A stretch of 64,000 nt of DNA from Limisphaerales bacterium (GTDB lineage: Bacteria > Verrucomicrobiota > Verrucomicrobiia > Limisphaerales > JAYPXF01), in contig JBLFYM010000009.1 in the NCBI GenBank assembly GCA_047608975.1, positions 15,826 through 79,825 on the forward strand. Reading direction: 5' to 3'. The notes below the pieces were generated by a model that had not been told where the DNA came from, did not search any database, and saw only the letters and a program-made list of their open reading frames with translations. Below are positions 36,857 through 45,623 of the stretch, in pieces (position 1 is the first letter of the stretch; each line of letters begins with the position of its first letter). The translations under genes and the position numbers were made by a program.

Positions 36857-39193
36857 TCAGTCGACGTATTGGAATTCGTTGCTCATGTAGAGAGCCTGAG
36901 CCATCAGCGGCCAGGGTGAGTCGAGACGTGGGGTCTGCTCGTTGTAGAAACGTGATTGCTGGCTGACGAAACGCACCGAGCGTTCGCGTTCGATATCGGT
37001 TGGAGCTCGTTGAACGATCCGGGCAAAAAGGTGATTCACCCGCTCCACATCAGTTTTACAGTCCTTGAATTCCGTCGTCTGTGCGATGGCGCGGGATTGA
37101 TCGATGACAAACGGAGAGTTCATCGTGAACAGTGCCTGCGGGGCCACGATAGATTCACCTCGTTGAGAAGCGCTTTGCATTGCGGACGGGAAATCAAACG
37201 CGCGGAGAGTGGGGTCCAGATTGAAGCGGTTGACGAATCCGTAGATGGACCGCTTCCTCGTATAATCCTTGCCCCAGAGATGGCCGGCGCGGCCCAATGG
37301 GGTAGGATCAAGTTGGCCTGAGGTTGCCAGCAGACTGTCGCGCAATGCCTCCACGTTCAGGTGGCTTCGGTTCGCCCGCCAAAGCAGTCTGTTTTCGGGA
37401 TCCAGTTCCGCGGCTTCGCTGCGATGTCCACTGCGCTGTTGGTAACAGCGTGAAGTTACGATCTGCCGGACCAGATGCTTTAGTGACCAGCCATTCTCGA
37501 CGAAGTCGTTCGCGAGCCAGTCGAGGAGGCGAGGATGAGTTGGGGCTGTTCCCTGCAAACCAAAATCGGAAGGGGTCGCGACCAGATACGAACCCATCAG
37601 GAATCCCCAAATTCGATTCACAAACACGCGGGCGGTCAGCGGGTTGTCATTGGCAACAATGTGATTCACCAGGTCGAGTCGTCCGCTGTATTTTACTGCG
37701 AAGGGCGTGCCTTTCGGGTCCAGAATTTTGAGGAATCGTCGCGGGATTGATGCGCCGCGTTCCCCTCGGTTCCCCCGGACGTAGACGAAAGGCGTGACCG
37801 GCTTGCGGGTCTCCTTCACCACCATGGCCCGAGCGGGTGCTCCTTCATGGAAGAGCAGCAGCTCGGCCAGTTCTGTTTCGCGGATCTTCGCGGCAACCGA
37901 CCGCCGGTTGTTTCTGGATTTTGTATTCCCGGCAGCTTCGACTTTCTTATCGATCGCGGTTCGGCGTCGCTCGTAGTCGGCGGTCGTCTTGGCGTCGCTT
38001 GAAACATTTGGCATCTCTGGCATCGCCTTCTCGTTCAGGGGATCGGAGCGGGAGATGGAAGCGAACACGCCGTGTAAAGAATAGTAGTCGGTCGTGGGGA
38101 CGGGTTCGAATTTGTGGTCGTGGCAGCGGGCGCAGGCCACCGAGATTCCCAGCAGGCCGCGCGTCGTCACGTCGATCCAGTCATCAATGGAATTGTCCGT
38201 GTTCCGGCGGTGCGGGCCAACGGACAAGAAACCTAGCGCGGCCAATTCCGGAGCGTTTTTGTCCATGCCAAGACGATCGGCGGCGAGTTGCTCGCGAATG
38301 AACTGTGGGTATGGTTTGTCCGCGTTAAAGGCCTCGATCACATAATTTCGATAGGTGAACGCGAAGGGGAAATAGTGAGGGGTCTTGGTATCCGCACGAT
38401 AGGTGCTGTCAGTATCGGCATAACGCGCCACGTCCAACCACATACGCCCCAGATGCTCACCAAAGTTACCGGCAGCAAGCAACTGGTCGATCGCGCCCTT
38501 GATCGCAGGTCCACGATTGGCGGCGGCCGCTGCTGCGACAAATGCCGCGACCCCCTCTGGAGTTGGCGGTAATCCGGAGAGATCAAAACTGAGTCTTCGG
38601 ATCAACGTTCGGGCATCGGCTGCCCTGCTCGGTTTCAGGTTGGCTTCTGCAAGGCCGGCGTAAACAAACTGATCGATTGGGTTCCGGTTCCAAACCGGAT
38701 CGCTGACCTGGGGAGGTTTTTCAGCTTTCACAGGTTGGAAGGCCCAGTGATTGGCGGCTTGGGCAAAGAGATACTTTTGATCTCCCAAGCGTGAAAACTT
38801 CGTCTGCCCCATGTCGTCTTTCGGGCCAGGTGCACCGAGTTTGACCCAGCGTTCGAACTCGGCAATGACGCTTGGATCCAACCGATACTTGGGTGGCATT
38901 TGGAGATCCTTGTTGCTGTGTCGAATCGCCTTGATCAGCAGGGATGCATCCGGTTCGCCGGGCACGATCGCGTTCTCCGTGTCCCCTCCTTTGAGCCAGC
39001 CTGATTCACGATCAAGGAGGAGACCTCCTTTGCGTTCCTTGGATTCCTCGGAGTGACAGTCGTAGCAGTGTTCCACCAAAAGCGGTCGGATCCGTATTTC
39101 GAAAAATTTCGCCCCTGACGACGATTTGACTGAGTCTGCTCCGACCGGGAGAGCGAGCACTACCAAGGTCAGGGTGTAGATGAAACAGTTCAT
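36857..39193 (-). CDS. Planctomycete-cytochrome-c (PSCyt1) + DUF1549 + DUF1553 protein
   Basis: The N-terminus IRPLLVEHCYDCHSEESKERKGGLLLD carries a single CxxCH. Then IRRLSFDLSGLPPT, CARCHDHKFEPV, and the DUF1553 C-terminus. Confidence 0.85.
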   Translation of the reverse strand: MNCFIYTLTLVVLALPVGADSVKSSSGAKFFEIRIRPLLVEHCYDCHSEESKERKGGLLLDRESGWLKGGDTENAIVPGEPDASLLIKAIRHSNKDLQMPPKYRLDPSVIAEFERWVKLGAPGPKDDMGQTKFSRLGDQKYLFAQAANHWAFQPVKAEKPPQVSDPVWNRNPIDQFVYAGLAEANLKPSRAADARTLIRRLSFDLSGLPPTPEGVAAFVAAAAAANRGPAIKGAIDQLLAAGNFGEHLGRMWLDVARYADTDSTYRADTKTPHYFPFAFTYRNYVIEAFNADKPYPQFIREQLAADRLGMDKNAPELAALGFLSVGPHRRNTDNSIDDWIDVTTRGLLGISVACARCHDHKFEPVPTTDYYSLHGVFASISRSDPLNEKAMPEMPNVSSDAKTTADYERRRTAIDKKVEAAGNTKSRNNRRSVAAKIRETELAELLLFHEGAPARAMVVKETRKPVTPFVYVRGNRGERGASIPRRFLKILDPKGTPFAVKYSGRLDLVNHIVANDNPLTARVFVNRIWGFLMGSYLVATPSDFGLQGTAPTHPRLLDWLANDFVENGWSLKHLVRQIVTSRCYQQRSGHRSEAAELDPENRLLWRANRSHLNVEALRDSLLATSGQLDPTPLGRAGHLWGKDYTRKRSIYGFVNRFNLDPTLRAFDFPSAMQSASQRGESIVAPQALFTMNSPFVIDQSRAIAQTTEFKDCKTDVERVNHLFARIVQRAPTDIERERSVRFVSQQSRFYNEQTPRLDSPWPLMAQALYMSNEFQYVD

Positions 39194-39241
39194 GAATGGC
39201 GGCGTTTCTACGACGGTCGCTGCCGTGGAGCATTCGAATAT

Positions 39242-40204
39242 CTACGCGTGCAAGGTTTCCGGCAGCTCGAGGGCTTTCAGCGTCGCTTTGAAGTCATCAG
39301 GCCAGGGGGCTTCGCATTCAATAACTTCGCCGCTGGTTGGATGGGTAAAACCGAGCCGGAAAGAGTGCAGCATCTGTCGGGGCGGATCATAACCGTTCAG
39401 GTGCTGAATCTGCGTATTCCGATTCCGTCCATACATCGCGTCGCCCAGTATCGGGTGCCCGAGATATTGGAAGTGCACCCGGATCTGGTGGGTTCGGCCG
39501 GTGTGAATTATTGCTTCTGCCAGACTGGCGTGATTCAGCTGACGGAGACGCCGATAGCTGGTGTGGGCTTGCTTCCCTTCATCATCGTCCAGTGCCGCCA
39601 TTCGTTTTCGGTGAGTGGGATGACGGGAAATCGCCGCGCGGATCTCGCCGGCCAGTCGCGTTAACTGACTGCAGACAATGGCGTGATAGACCTTCCGGGT
39701 CTCGCGATCGGCAAATTGCCGACAAAGCTCGATGTGCGTCGGGTCATTCTTGGCCACCACGATGCAGCCGCTCGTATCAAGATCCAAACGATGAACGATT
39801 CCCGGGCGGGCGACGCCACCGATTCCACTCAGATCGCCTTTGCAATGGTGAAGAAGTGCGTGGACCAACGTCCCGGTCTCGTGGCCGTTTCCGGGATGCA
39901 CGCAGAGACCCGGGGGCTTGTTGATGACCAGCAGATCCTGATCTTCAAAAAGCACGTCGAGGGGGATGTCTTCCGGTTCCGGGATCGACGGACGGACATC
40001 GGGCCAGCTGACCACGACCACCTCCCCGGCCTTGGGAGTATGCTTCGGTTTGACTGACTCACCATCGACAGTGATGTGCCCTTCCTTGATCAGGCGTTGG
40101 ATGGTTCCACGCGACACCGCTTGGAATACGCCGCCAAGATACTGATCCAGCCGCTCGCGCGGCCGGGAAAACTCGACGGTATGGGTATCACTTCGATCCG
40201 ACAT
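39242..40204 (-). CDS. rluD: RluA-family 23S rRNA pseudouridine synthase (RluD-like) with an S4 domain
   Basis: S4-like N-terminus (RLDQYLGG...SRGTIQRLIKEGHITVDG). Catalytic HRLDLDTSG and HTGRTHQIRVH motifs. Confidence 0.85.
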   Translation of the reverse strand: MSDRSDTHTVEFSRPRERLDQYLGGVFQAVSRGTIQRLIKEGHITVDGESVKPKHTPKAGEVVVVSWPDVRPSIPEPEDIPLDVLFEDQDLLVINKPPGLCVHPGNGHETGTLVHALLHHCKGDLSGIGGVARPGIVHRLDLDTSGCIVVAKNDPTHIELCRQFADRETRKVYHAIVCSQLTRLAGEIRAAISRHPTHRKRMAALDDDEGKQAHTSYRRLRQLNHASLAEAIIHTGRTHQIRVHFQYLGHPILGDAMYGRNRNTQIQHLNGYDPPRQMLHSFRLGFTHPTSGEVIECEAPWPDDFKATLKALELPETLHA

Positions 40205-40469
40205 CGGCGCGAGTGTAGCGCACCCGGGTGGGAGCGAATAGCCCCTTCGGTCTTGAATCCGGATTGGGCAGGTCTATCGATCTCCAACGGCTTGCAATAA
40301 TGTCCTCTCTTGTCTGAATGTTTTAGCCCTCCGCCTTTTGCCTGCCAGTTCGGCGATTGTGGCGGACTCGATGGTGAAAATATGTGGGACAAAAATGTTC
40401 AATCATCCTCAAGTGCCCGTAGCGAAACGGAAATAGAATGGAATAATCCGGGCCGTTCTCTATCCTGTC

Positions 40470-41420
40470 ATGCGAATGAACCGATTCGACGAAAAGCTGG
40501 CCGAGCATGGATTCAGCCTGACGCGGACGGCTCTGGAGACCCTCCAGATCAACGTCGGGCGTAAATGCAATCAGGCCTGTCGGCATTGTCACGTGGACGC
40601 GGCACCTTGGCGGACGGAGATGATGAGCGAGGCGACCGCGCATCGGATCGGCGACTGGATTACGCAGCATCGGCCCGCTGTGCTCGATATTACCGGTGGT
40701 GCTCCGGAGCTGAGCGAGTTTTTCAGATACTTCGTGGAAAAGGGAAGCGAAGTGGGAGCCCGGATAATTGACCGCAATAACCTGACCATCATCGAAGAGG
40801 AGGGCTTTGCCTGGCTCCCGGCTTATCTCGCTGAGTACAACGTGGATGTCATCGCCTCCCTGCCCTGTTATTCGGCCAAGAACGTCAACCAGCAGCGCGG
40901 CAATGGTGTGTTCGACAAAAGTATCTCGGCCTTGAAGAAACTGAACGCCTTGGGATATGGGACCAAACACACGCTGCACCTCGTCTACAATCCCTTGGGG
41001 GTGAATCTTCCCGGCCCGCAGGGGGAACTCGAAGCCGACTACAAGGAAGCGTTGCACAACGAGTTCGGAATCACTTTCAACAGTCTGTTGACCATTACGA
41101 ACCAACCAATCGCCCGGTTCGCGGAAGATCTGCGCAAGCAGGAAAAATGGGACGAGTATCTCGAACTGCTCGTGAATAGTTTTAATCCCGGGACGCTCGA
41201 AGGCCTGATGTGCCGGGGCACGCTGAGCGTTGGCTACGACGGGGACCTCTACGACTGTGACTTCAATCAGATGCTCGGCATGCAGTTGAAGAACGGGAAA
41301 CCGCTCAATCTCTGGGACATCACGCCGGACTATCTCGCCGGACGGGCGATTGAGACCGGGATTCATTGTCTCGCCTGCACGGCGGGAGCGGGAAGCAGCT
41401 GTAATGGAGCGCTTGCGTGA
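40470..41420 (+). CDS. arsS: ArsS-family radical SAM/Cys-rich-domain protein (Cys variant)
   Basis: INVGRKCNQACRHCH (CxxxCxxC). The C-terminal Cys-rich tail reads GIHCLACTAGAGSSCNGALA. In some family members, as I recall, the position before N-G is selenocysteine. Here the codon is TGT. Confidence 0.65.
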   Translation: MRMNRFDEKLAEHGFSLTRTALETLQINVGRKCNQACRHCHVDAAPWRTEMMSEATAHRIGDWITQHRPAVLDITGGAPELSEFFRYFVEKGSEVGARIIDRNNLTIIEEEGFAWLPAYLAEYNVDVIASLPCYSAKNVNQQRGNGVFDKSISALKKLNALGYGTKHTLHLVYNPLGVNLPGPQGELEADYKEALHNEFGITFNSLLTITNQPIARFAEDLRKQEKWDEYLELLVNSFNPGTLEGLMCRGTLSVGYDGDLYDCDFNQMLGMQLKNGKPLNLWDITPDYLAGRAIETGIHCLACTAGAGSSCNGALA

Positions 41421-42157
41421 ACATGGGCGGCGGTCTTCGGGCATTGCTGTTTTTGGTATTGCTCGCCGCTCGTTTGTCGGCGGCGGAAGATCCGACCATG
41501 GCGCTCCGCAAAATGGGCGGCTACGTGGGGACAAATTCGCAGGGAACCGTAATCAAGGTCAATCTGAACGGCTTACCTGCCATCACCTCCAAAACGCTGA
41601 AGCAGGTTGCCAGATTCCCTGATCTGACCGATCTGTCCCTCGAAGGCACTCCGGTGGATGATGGGGCGTTGGAACAGCTCGGTAAACTCGCTCGGCTGGA
41701 ATGGCTCAACCTTTACCGCACCAAGATCACTGATCGATCGACGGCGATACTTTCGGGACTGACGTCTCTAAAAATGCTACCGATCGGTTCCACGGAGATC
41801 TCAAACTCCGGCCTCACGAATTTGGCCCGGCTTTATCAGTTGGAATACCTGGGATTACGGGACACCCAAATCACTGACACTGGGCTTGCCTGCCTCAATG
41901 CCCTCACGAATCTTACCGGATTGCATCTGGGTGAAACGAAAGTGACTGATCAGGGGCTCTATCAAATTTCCCGCTTGTCCAAACTGGAGAAGCTCTGGCT
42001 TCACGACACCTCAGTCACGGACGATGGAGTTCAGAAACTGAGAACACTCTCCAAGCTGAAACAGTTGATCGTTTACGGCACGAGCGTTACGGCGGCGGGC
42101 TACGCGAGATTGCAAAAAGCGCTTCCAGATTGCTTCATCCTGTATCGGCTCGAATAG
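41417..42157 (+). CDS. Secreted leucine-rich-repeat protein
   Basis: GTG start at 41417 overlaps the arsS stop; an alternative ATG lies at 41423. Signal peptide LRALLFLVLLAARLSAA. About eight 24-aa LRR units of the form L..L..L.L..T.ITD.GL. Confidence 0.8.
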   Translation: MNMGGGLRALLFLVLLAARLSAAEDPTMALRKMGGYVGTNSQGTVIKVNLNGLPAITSKTLKQVARFPDLTDLSLEGTPVDDGALEQLGKLARLEWLNLYRTKITDRSTAILSGLTSLKMLPIGSTEISNSGLTNLARLYQLEYLGLRDTQITDTGLACLNALTNLTGLHLGETKVTDQGLYQISRLSKLEKLWLHDTSVTDDGVQKLRTLSKLKQLIVYGTSVTAAGYARLQKALPDCFILYRLE

Positions 42158-42283
42158 ATAGCAGCGCGTCATTTCAAAGCCGGTTTTGAGCGGCGGCGAA
42201 CAACAGTCGCAAGTGGCGAGAGGAACGAAAATCCTGACCACAACTCGAGTTACCCAAATGCTTGGCCAAGCGCAACTGGACGG

Positions 42284-42463
42284 GCCGGAAAGGTAAATCA
42301 TGACCCGAAAGTAATCAAAGGAACGGAAGCCACGGGACTTTCGTTTGGCCGTTTGGATCAGCCCATTGACGACCTCGGCAGGCCCGTTGGTCAGACGCAT
42401 CCAAAAAACTGTACCAAAATGACCCTTGTACTTTTGAAAAATGAGTAGGGATGCAAACAGAGC
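42284..42463 (-). pseudogene. Relic of a transposase C-terminus (ISL3-like family)
   Basis: Within ORF 42011..42595 is the string LIFQKYKGHFGTVFWMRLTNGPAEVVNGLIQTAKRKSRGFRSFDYFRVMIYL. It matches the conserved ISL3-type C-terminal pattern (..SNG..EG.N.kIK..KR...GfR.fe.fr..I.L). I saw no catalytic domain and no inverted repeats. Confidence 0.55.
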
Positions 42464-42501
42464 ATCCCGCCTCGGAGTCGAACGGTGTGAGAGATAAGGA
42501 T

Positions 42502-43239
42502 CTACTTCCCCTTGCGCGATTTCTTCGTTTTGGCGGGAGTCGGAGGTTCTTCGATGAGGGCATCCGGGCTGAGTCGGGTTTGGCCTTGGGTCCATTCTGT
42601 CGCGCGGTGAACCAGTGCGGTGGCATCTCCCAAGCTCAACTTGTGTTTGATGTTCTCGCGGTAGGTTTCGATGGTCTTGAAGCTGAGTCCCAGCGATTCG
42701 GCAATATCTCGGGTCCCCTTGCCGGTTCCCAAGAGGCGGAACACCTGCAGTTCCCGGTCGGAAAGTGTATCAACGTCGGTTCCTTCTGCTTCGCTCCGGG
42801 ATTCCACCATTCGTTTGACCGCCAGCGCAGCGACGCGTTTGCTTACAAAAAGATCGCCCTCGAGAACCGTCTTGATACCGATGAGAACGTCGTCGGTCGC
42901 ACGCTCCTTCATGATGTAACCCTGAGCTCCGGAACGCAGCGCTCGTTCGGCATAGAGTGCCTCGTCGAGCTGAGAGAGGACTAGGATCGGCAGGTCTGGT
43001 TCAATCGCCCTGATTGACTTGATCAGTTCCAGACCGTCGCGGTCACCGAGACAGAGATCCATTACGAGAACATCCGGCTGGAGCTTTTCCACACCGGCGA
43101 GGGTCTGGGAGAAGTCTTCCGCTTCGCCGCAACATTTCATATCCGGTGTTGCGTCGATCATGCTCTTGATACCGAGACGCAGGAACGGATGATCATCTGC
43201 AATCAGCACCTGCACTTTTTTGTTGTCTGCATCGCCCAT
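42502..43239 (-). CDS. NarL/FixJ-type response regulator (REC + LuxR HTH)
   Basis: Start MGDADNKKVQVLIADDHPFLR at 43239. The receiver domain has DVLVMDLCLGD. The HTH reads LSDRELQVFRLLGTGKGTRDIAESLGLSFKTIETYRENIKHKL. Confidence 0.9.
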   Translation of the reverse strand: MGDADNKKVQVLIADDHPFLRLGIKSMIDATPDMKCCGEAEDFSQTLAGVEKLQPDVLVMDLCLGDRDGLELIKSIRAIEPDLPILVLSQLDEALYAERALRSGAQGYIMKERATDDVLIGIKTVLEGDLFVSKRVAALAVKRMVESRSEAEGTDVDTLSDRELQVFRLLGTGKGTRDIAESLGLSFKTIETYRENIKHKLSLGDATALVHRATEWTQGQTRLSPDALIEEPPTPAKTKKSRKGK

Positions 43240-43249
43240 TAGATTTGTT

Positions 43250-44392
43250 TCAGCCCACCACGGTGGCGGCAGGATCTTTGTGCGGCAACTCATTCATATG
43301 AGTCACGCGGTTGCGTCCGGTCAGTTTGGAGTGGTAAAGGGCTTCGTCGCTGAGCGCGACCAAATCGGCCGGCGTCTTCACGTCCGAGGTCATGGTGCCG
43401 ACGCCAATACTCACGGTGATCGCACGCTGTTCCCAAGATACGGATTCGATCTCGGCACGAACGCGCTCAGCCAATCCCAATACCACGTCGCGTTGGGTAA
43501 AGGGCAGGATTACTACGAACTCCTCGCCGCCGTAACGCGCCACAAAGTCGGTGCTCCGGGTGGCCTTTGTCAGACATGTGGCCACGATCTTCAGCACTTC
43601 ATCACCGGCTGGATGACCGTAGGTGTCGTTGAATATTTTAAATTTGTCCACATCGAGCATCATCAGGCTGAGCGGAAGCTCGTACCGGGCGGATCGATTG
43701 TATTCGTCCTCCAGTCGCTCTTTGAATGCACGGTGGTTATTCAGTCCGGTCAGGCCATCGGTGCGCGCCAGCTCAGAGAGTTGCTCATTGGCAATGCGCA
43801 GCTGTTCCTGTTGCTCGCGGAGTTGCTGGTTACGATCATGCAGTTCGGCCTGGGTCTCGATCAGCTGGTTGTTCTGCCTGACCGCGCTGTCATAGGTGGA
43901 GAACAGCAGATTGACCATCTGCCGCCGGCCGGCGGTAACCTGGTGCTCGTCTCCCTCCACGAACACGTCAAGAGGTGTCTCTGGGGGTTCGGGTGCTCCC
44001 GGCGGATGGACGAAAAGTTCAGTCACGCTGCGCAGCAGGAAATCGCGGGTATAAGGTTTGGTCAGGTAATAATCCGCGCGGGCCTTGAGGCCGGCGAGAA
44101 TGCTCAGCGGGCTGGAAAGGGTCGTCAGCAGAATGACGGGAATATGATTCCGTTTGGCGTCTTCCTTGATGGCCGAGCAAAGTTCATAGCCACTCATGCC
44201 CGGCATGTTTATGTCGGAGATGATCAGGTCGACCTGGTTCTTTCCCAAGGCCTTGAGCGCTTCGTCCCCGCTGCGGGTGATAATGGGCTCGTGACCGCCG
44301 TACCGAAGAATGTTCCGCAACGCCAAAGATTCTGTTGGGCTGTCTTCGGCCACCAAGATGCATTGGCCAGTTTTATCCGCAGCTACGCTCAT
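43250..44392 (-). CDS. Response regulator-diguanylate cyclase (REC, coiled coil, GGDEF)
   Basis: The receiver has ILVAEDSPTE and DLIISDINMPGMSG. A Q/E-rich coiled coil follows. The GGDEF domain has the active site RYGGEEF and an RxxD I-site (RSTD) five residues upstream. Confidence 0.9.
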   Translation of the reverse strand: MSVAADKTGQCILVAEDSPTESLALRNILRYGGHEPIITRSGDEALKALGKNQVDLIISDINMPGMSGYELCSAIKEDAKRNHIPVILLTTLSSPLSILAGLKARADYYLTKPYTRDFLLRSVTELFVHPPGAPEPPETPLDVFVEGDEHQVTAGRRQMVNLLFSTYDSAVRQNNQLIETQAELHDRNQQLREQQEQLRIANEQLSELARTDGLTGLNNHRAFKERLEDEYNRSARYELPLSLMMLDVDKFKIFNDTYGHPAGDEVLKIVATCLTKATRSTDFVARYGGEEFVVILPFTQRDVVLGLAERVRAEIESVSWEQRAITVSIGVGTMTSDVKTPADLVALSDEALYHSKLTGRNRVTHMNELPHKDPAATVVG

Positions 44393-44425
44393 AGGAAACG
44401 CCGGTAATCTCGCACGGGGAAAGGC

Positions 44426-45364
44426 CTACTCACGATAAAAATCGAGGGTCTCCTTCAGGCCTTCCCCGAAGGAAACTTCGGGCTCGTAGCCCAGTCCGGC
44501 GCGGGCCTCGGAGATGTCCGCCTGTGAATCCTTGATATCGCCGGCACGCGCTTCCTTGTGGACTGGTTCGAGGCTTTGATCGGTCAGCTTGTTCAGTTCC
44601 GCAGCGAGCTGAAGCAGGTCGATGCTTACTCCGCAGGCCACGTTGAACACTTTGCCCGCCACCTTCGCCGAATCGCCTTCCGCCGCCAGGAGGTTTGCGT
44701 TGACCACGTTCTTCACAAACACGAAGTCGCGGGACTGTTTGCCGTCGCCGAAAATAAAGGGCGCATTGCCTTCGAGTATGGAGGTGCAAAATTTTGCAAT
44801 CACACCGGAATAGGGCGAGTCGAACGACTGGCGCGGACCAAACACATTGAAGTAGCGGAAACTGACTGCTTCCAGCGCATAGAACTGGTGGAACATCACG
44901 CCGTAGCGTTCGGCGGCGTACTTCTGCAAACCGTAGGGGGAAATGGGACAGACACCATCTGTCTCCTGTTTGATGGGCTTGGGAGCATCTCCATAAACCG
45001 CCGATGAAGAGGCGAACATGAAGCGTTTCACTCCAAAATCCCGGGCGGCTACGAGCATCTGCAATGAGGCGTCCAGATTTTCCTCGTGCGTTTTCACCGG
45101 CTTTTCGATGGACAACGGTACCGACGGCTGAGCGGCTTCATGAAAGACCCACTCAGAGCCCTCAGTCAGTTTGCGAATCAAATCGGTATCGCAGACATCG
45201 CCTTTGACGAATTCGATATCATCGCCGTTCCCGGCCCAGGCGAGGTTCTTCTCATCGCCCGTGCTCAGGTTGTCGAGAATGACCACTTTGGAGCCACGGC
45301 GACAAAGTTCCTGAGTGATATGCGAGCCAATGAACCCGGCGCCCCCCGTTACGAATGCTTTCAT
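44426..45364 (-). CDS. NAD-dependent nucleotide-sugar epimerase/dehydratase (extended SDR)
   Basis: KAFVTGGAGFIGSH, SSSAVYG and YGLQKYAAE (YxxxK). Substrate specificity cannot be read from the sequence. Confidence 0.8.
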   Translation of the reverse strand: MKAFVTGGAGFIGSHITQELCRRGSKVVILDNLSTGDEKNLAWAGNGDDIEFVKGDVCDTDLIRKLTEGSEWVFHEAAQPSVPLSIEKPVKTHEENLDASLQMLVAARDFGVKRFMFASSSAVYGDAPKPIKQETDGVCPISPYGLQKYAAERYGVMFHQFYALEAVSFRYFNVFGPRQSFDSPYSGVIAKFCTSILEGNAPFIFGDGKQSRDFVFVKNVVNANLLAAEGDSAKVAGKVFNVACGVSIDLLQLAAELNKLTDQSLEPVHKEARAGDIKDSQADISEARAGLGYEPEVSFGEGLKETLDFYRE

Positions 45365-45623
45365 AGTCTGTTTGTCTGCCTCAAAAGACTCATGGCAAGA
45401 GTCGATGTGCGCCGGCAGTGTCTTACCCGGCGGGAATCAGGAGCAAGTTCAAAAGTGGATTCGGATGAAAATGCGGAATCCTTCGCCGGGAAAATCGCTG
45501 TTCGAGATTTGGCCGCTGAAAACAGCTTCACGCTCGCGGCTGCATTTCAGGGACAGTTTGGCAGCGACACGAGAATTAAGGTTGGCGATTTCTGGGATTC
45601 TCTTAGGCTTTCGCAACTGAACG

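Noticed and set aside
41380-41420. Selenocysteine recoding in the ArsS-like C-terminal tail
   Set aside because: The relevant codon is TGT (Cys). There is no in-frame TGA before the terminal stop and no obvious SECIS-like hairpin.
40323-41534. 403-aa minus-strand ORF
   Set aside because: It is antisense to the ArsS-like radical SAM gene, which carries the CxxxCxxC cluster and the family C-terminal tail. It is a shadow ORF.
43220-44407. 395-aa plus-strand ORF
   Set aside because: It is antisense to the REC-GGDEF gene, whose GGEEF, I-site and receiver motifs are unambiguous.
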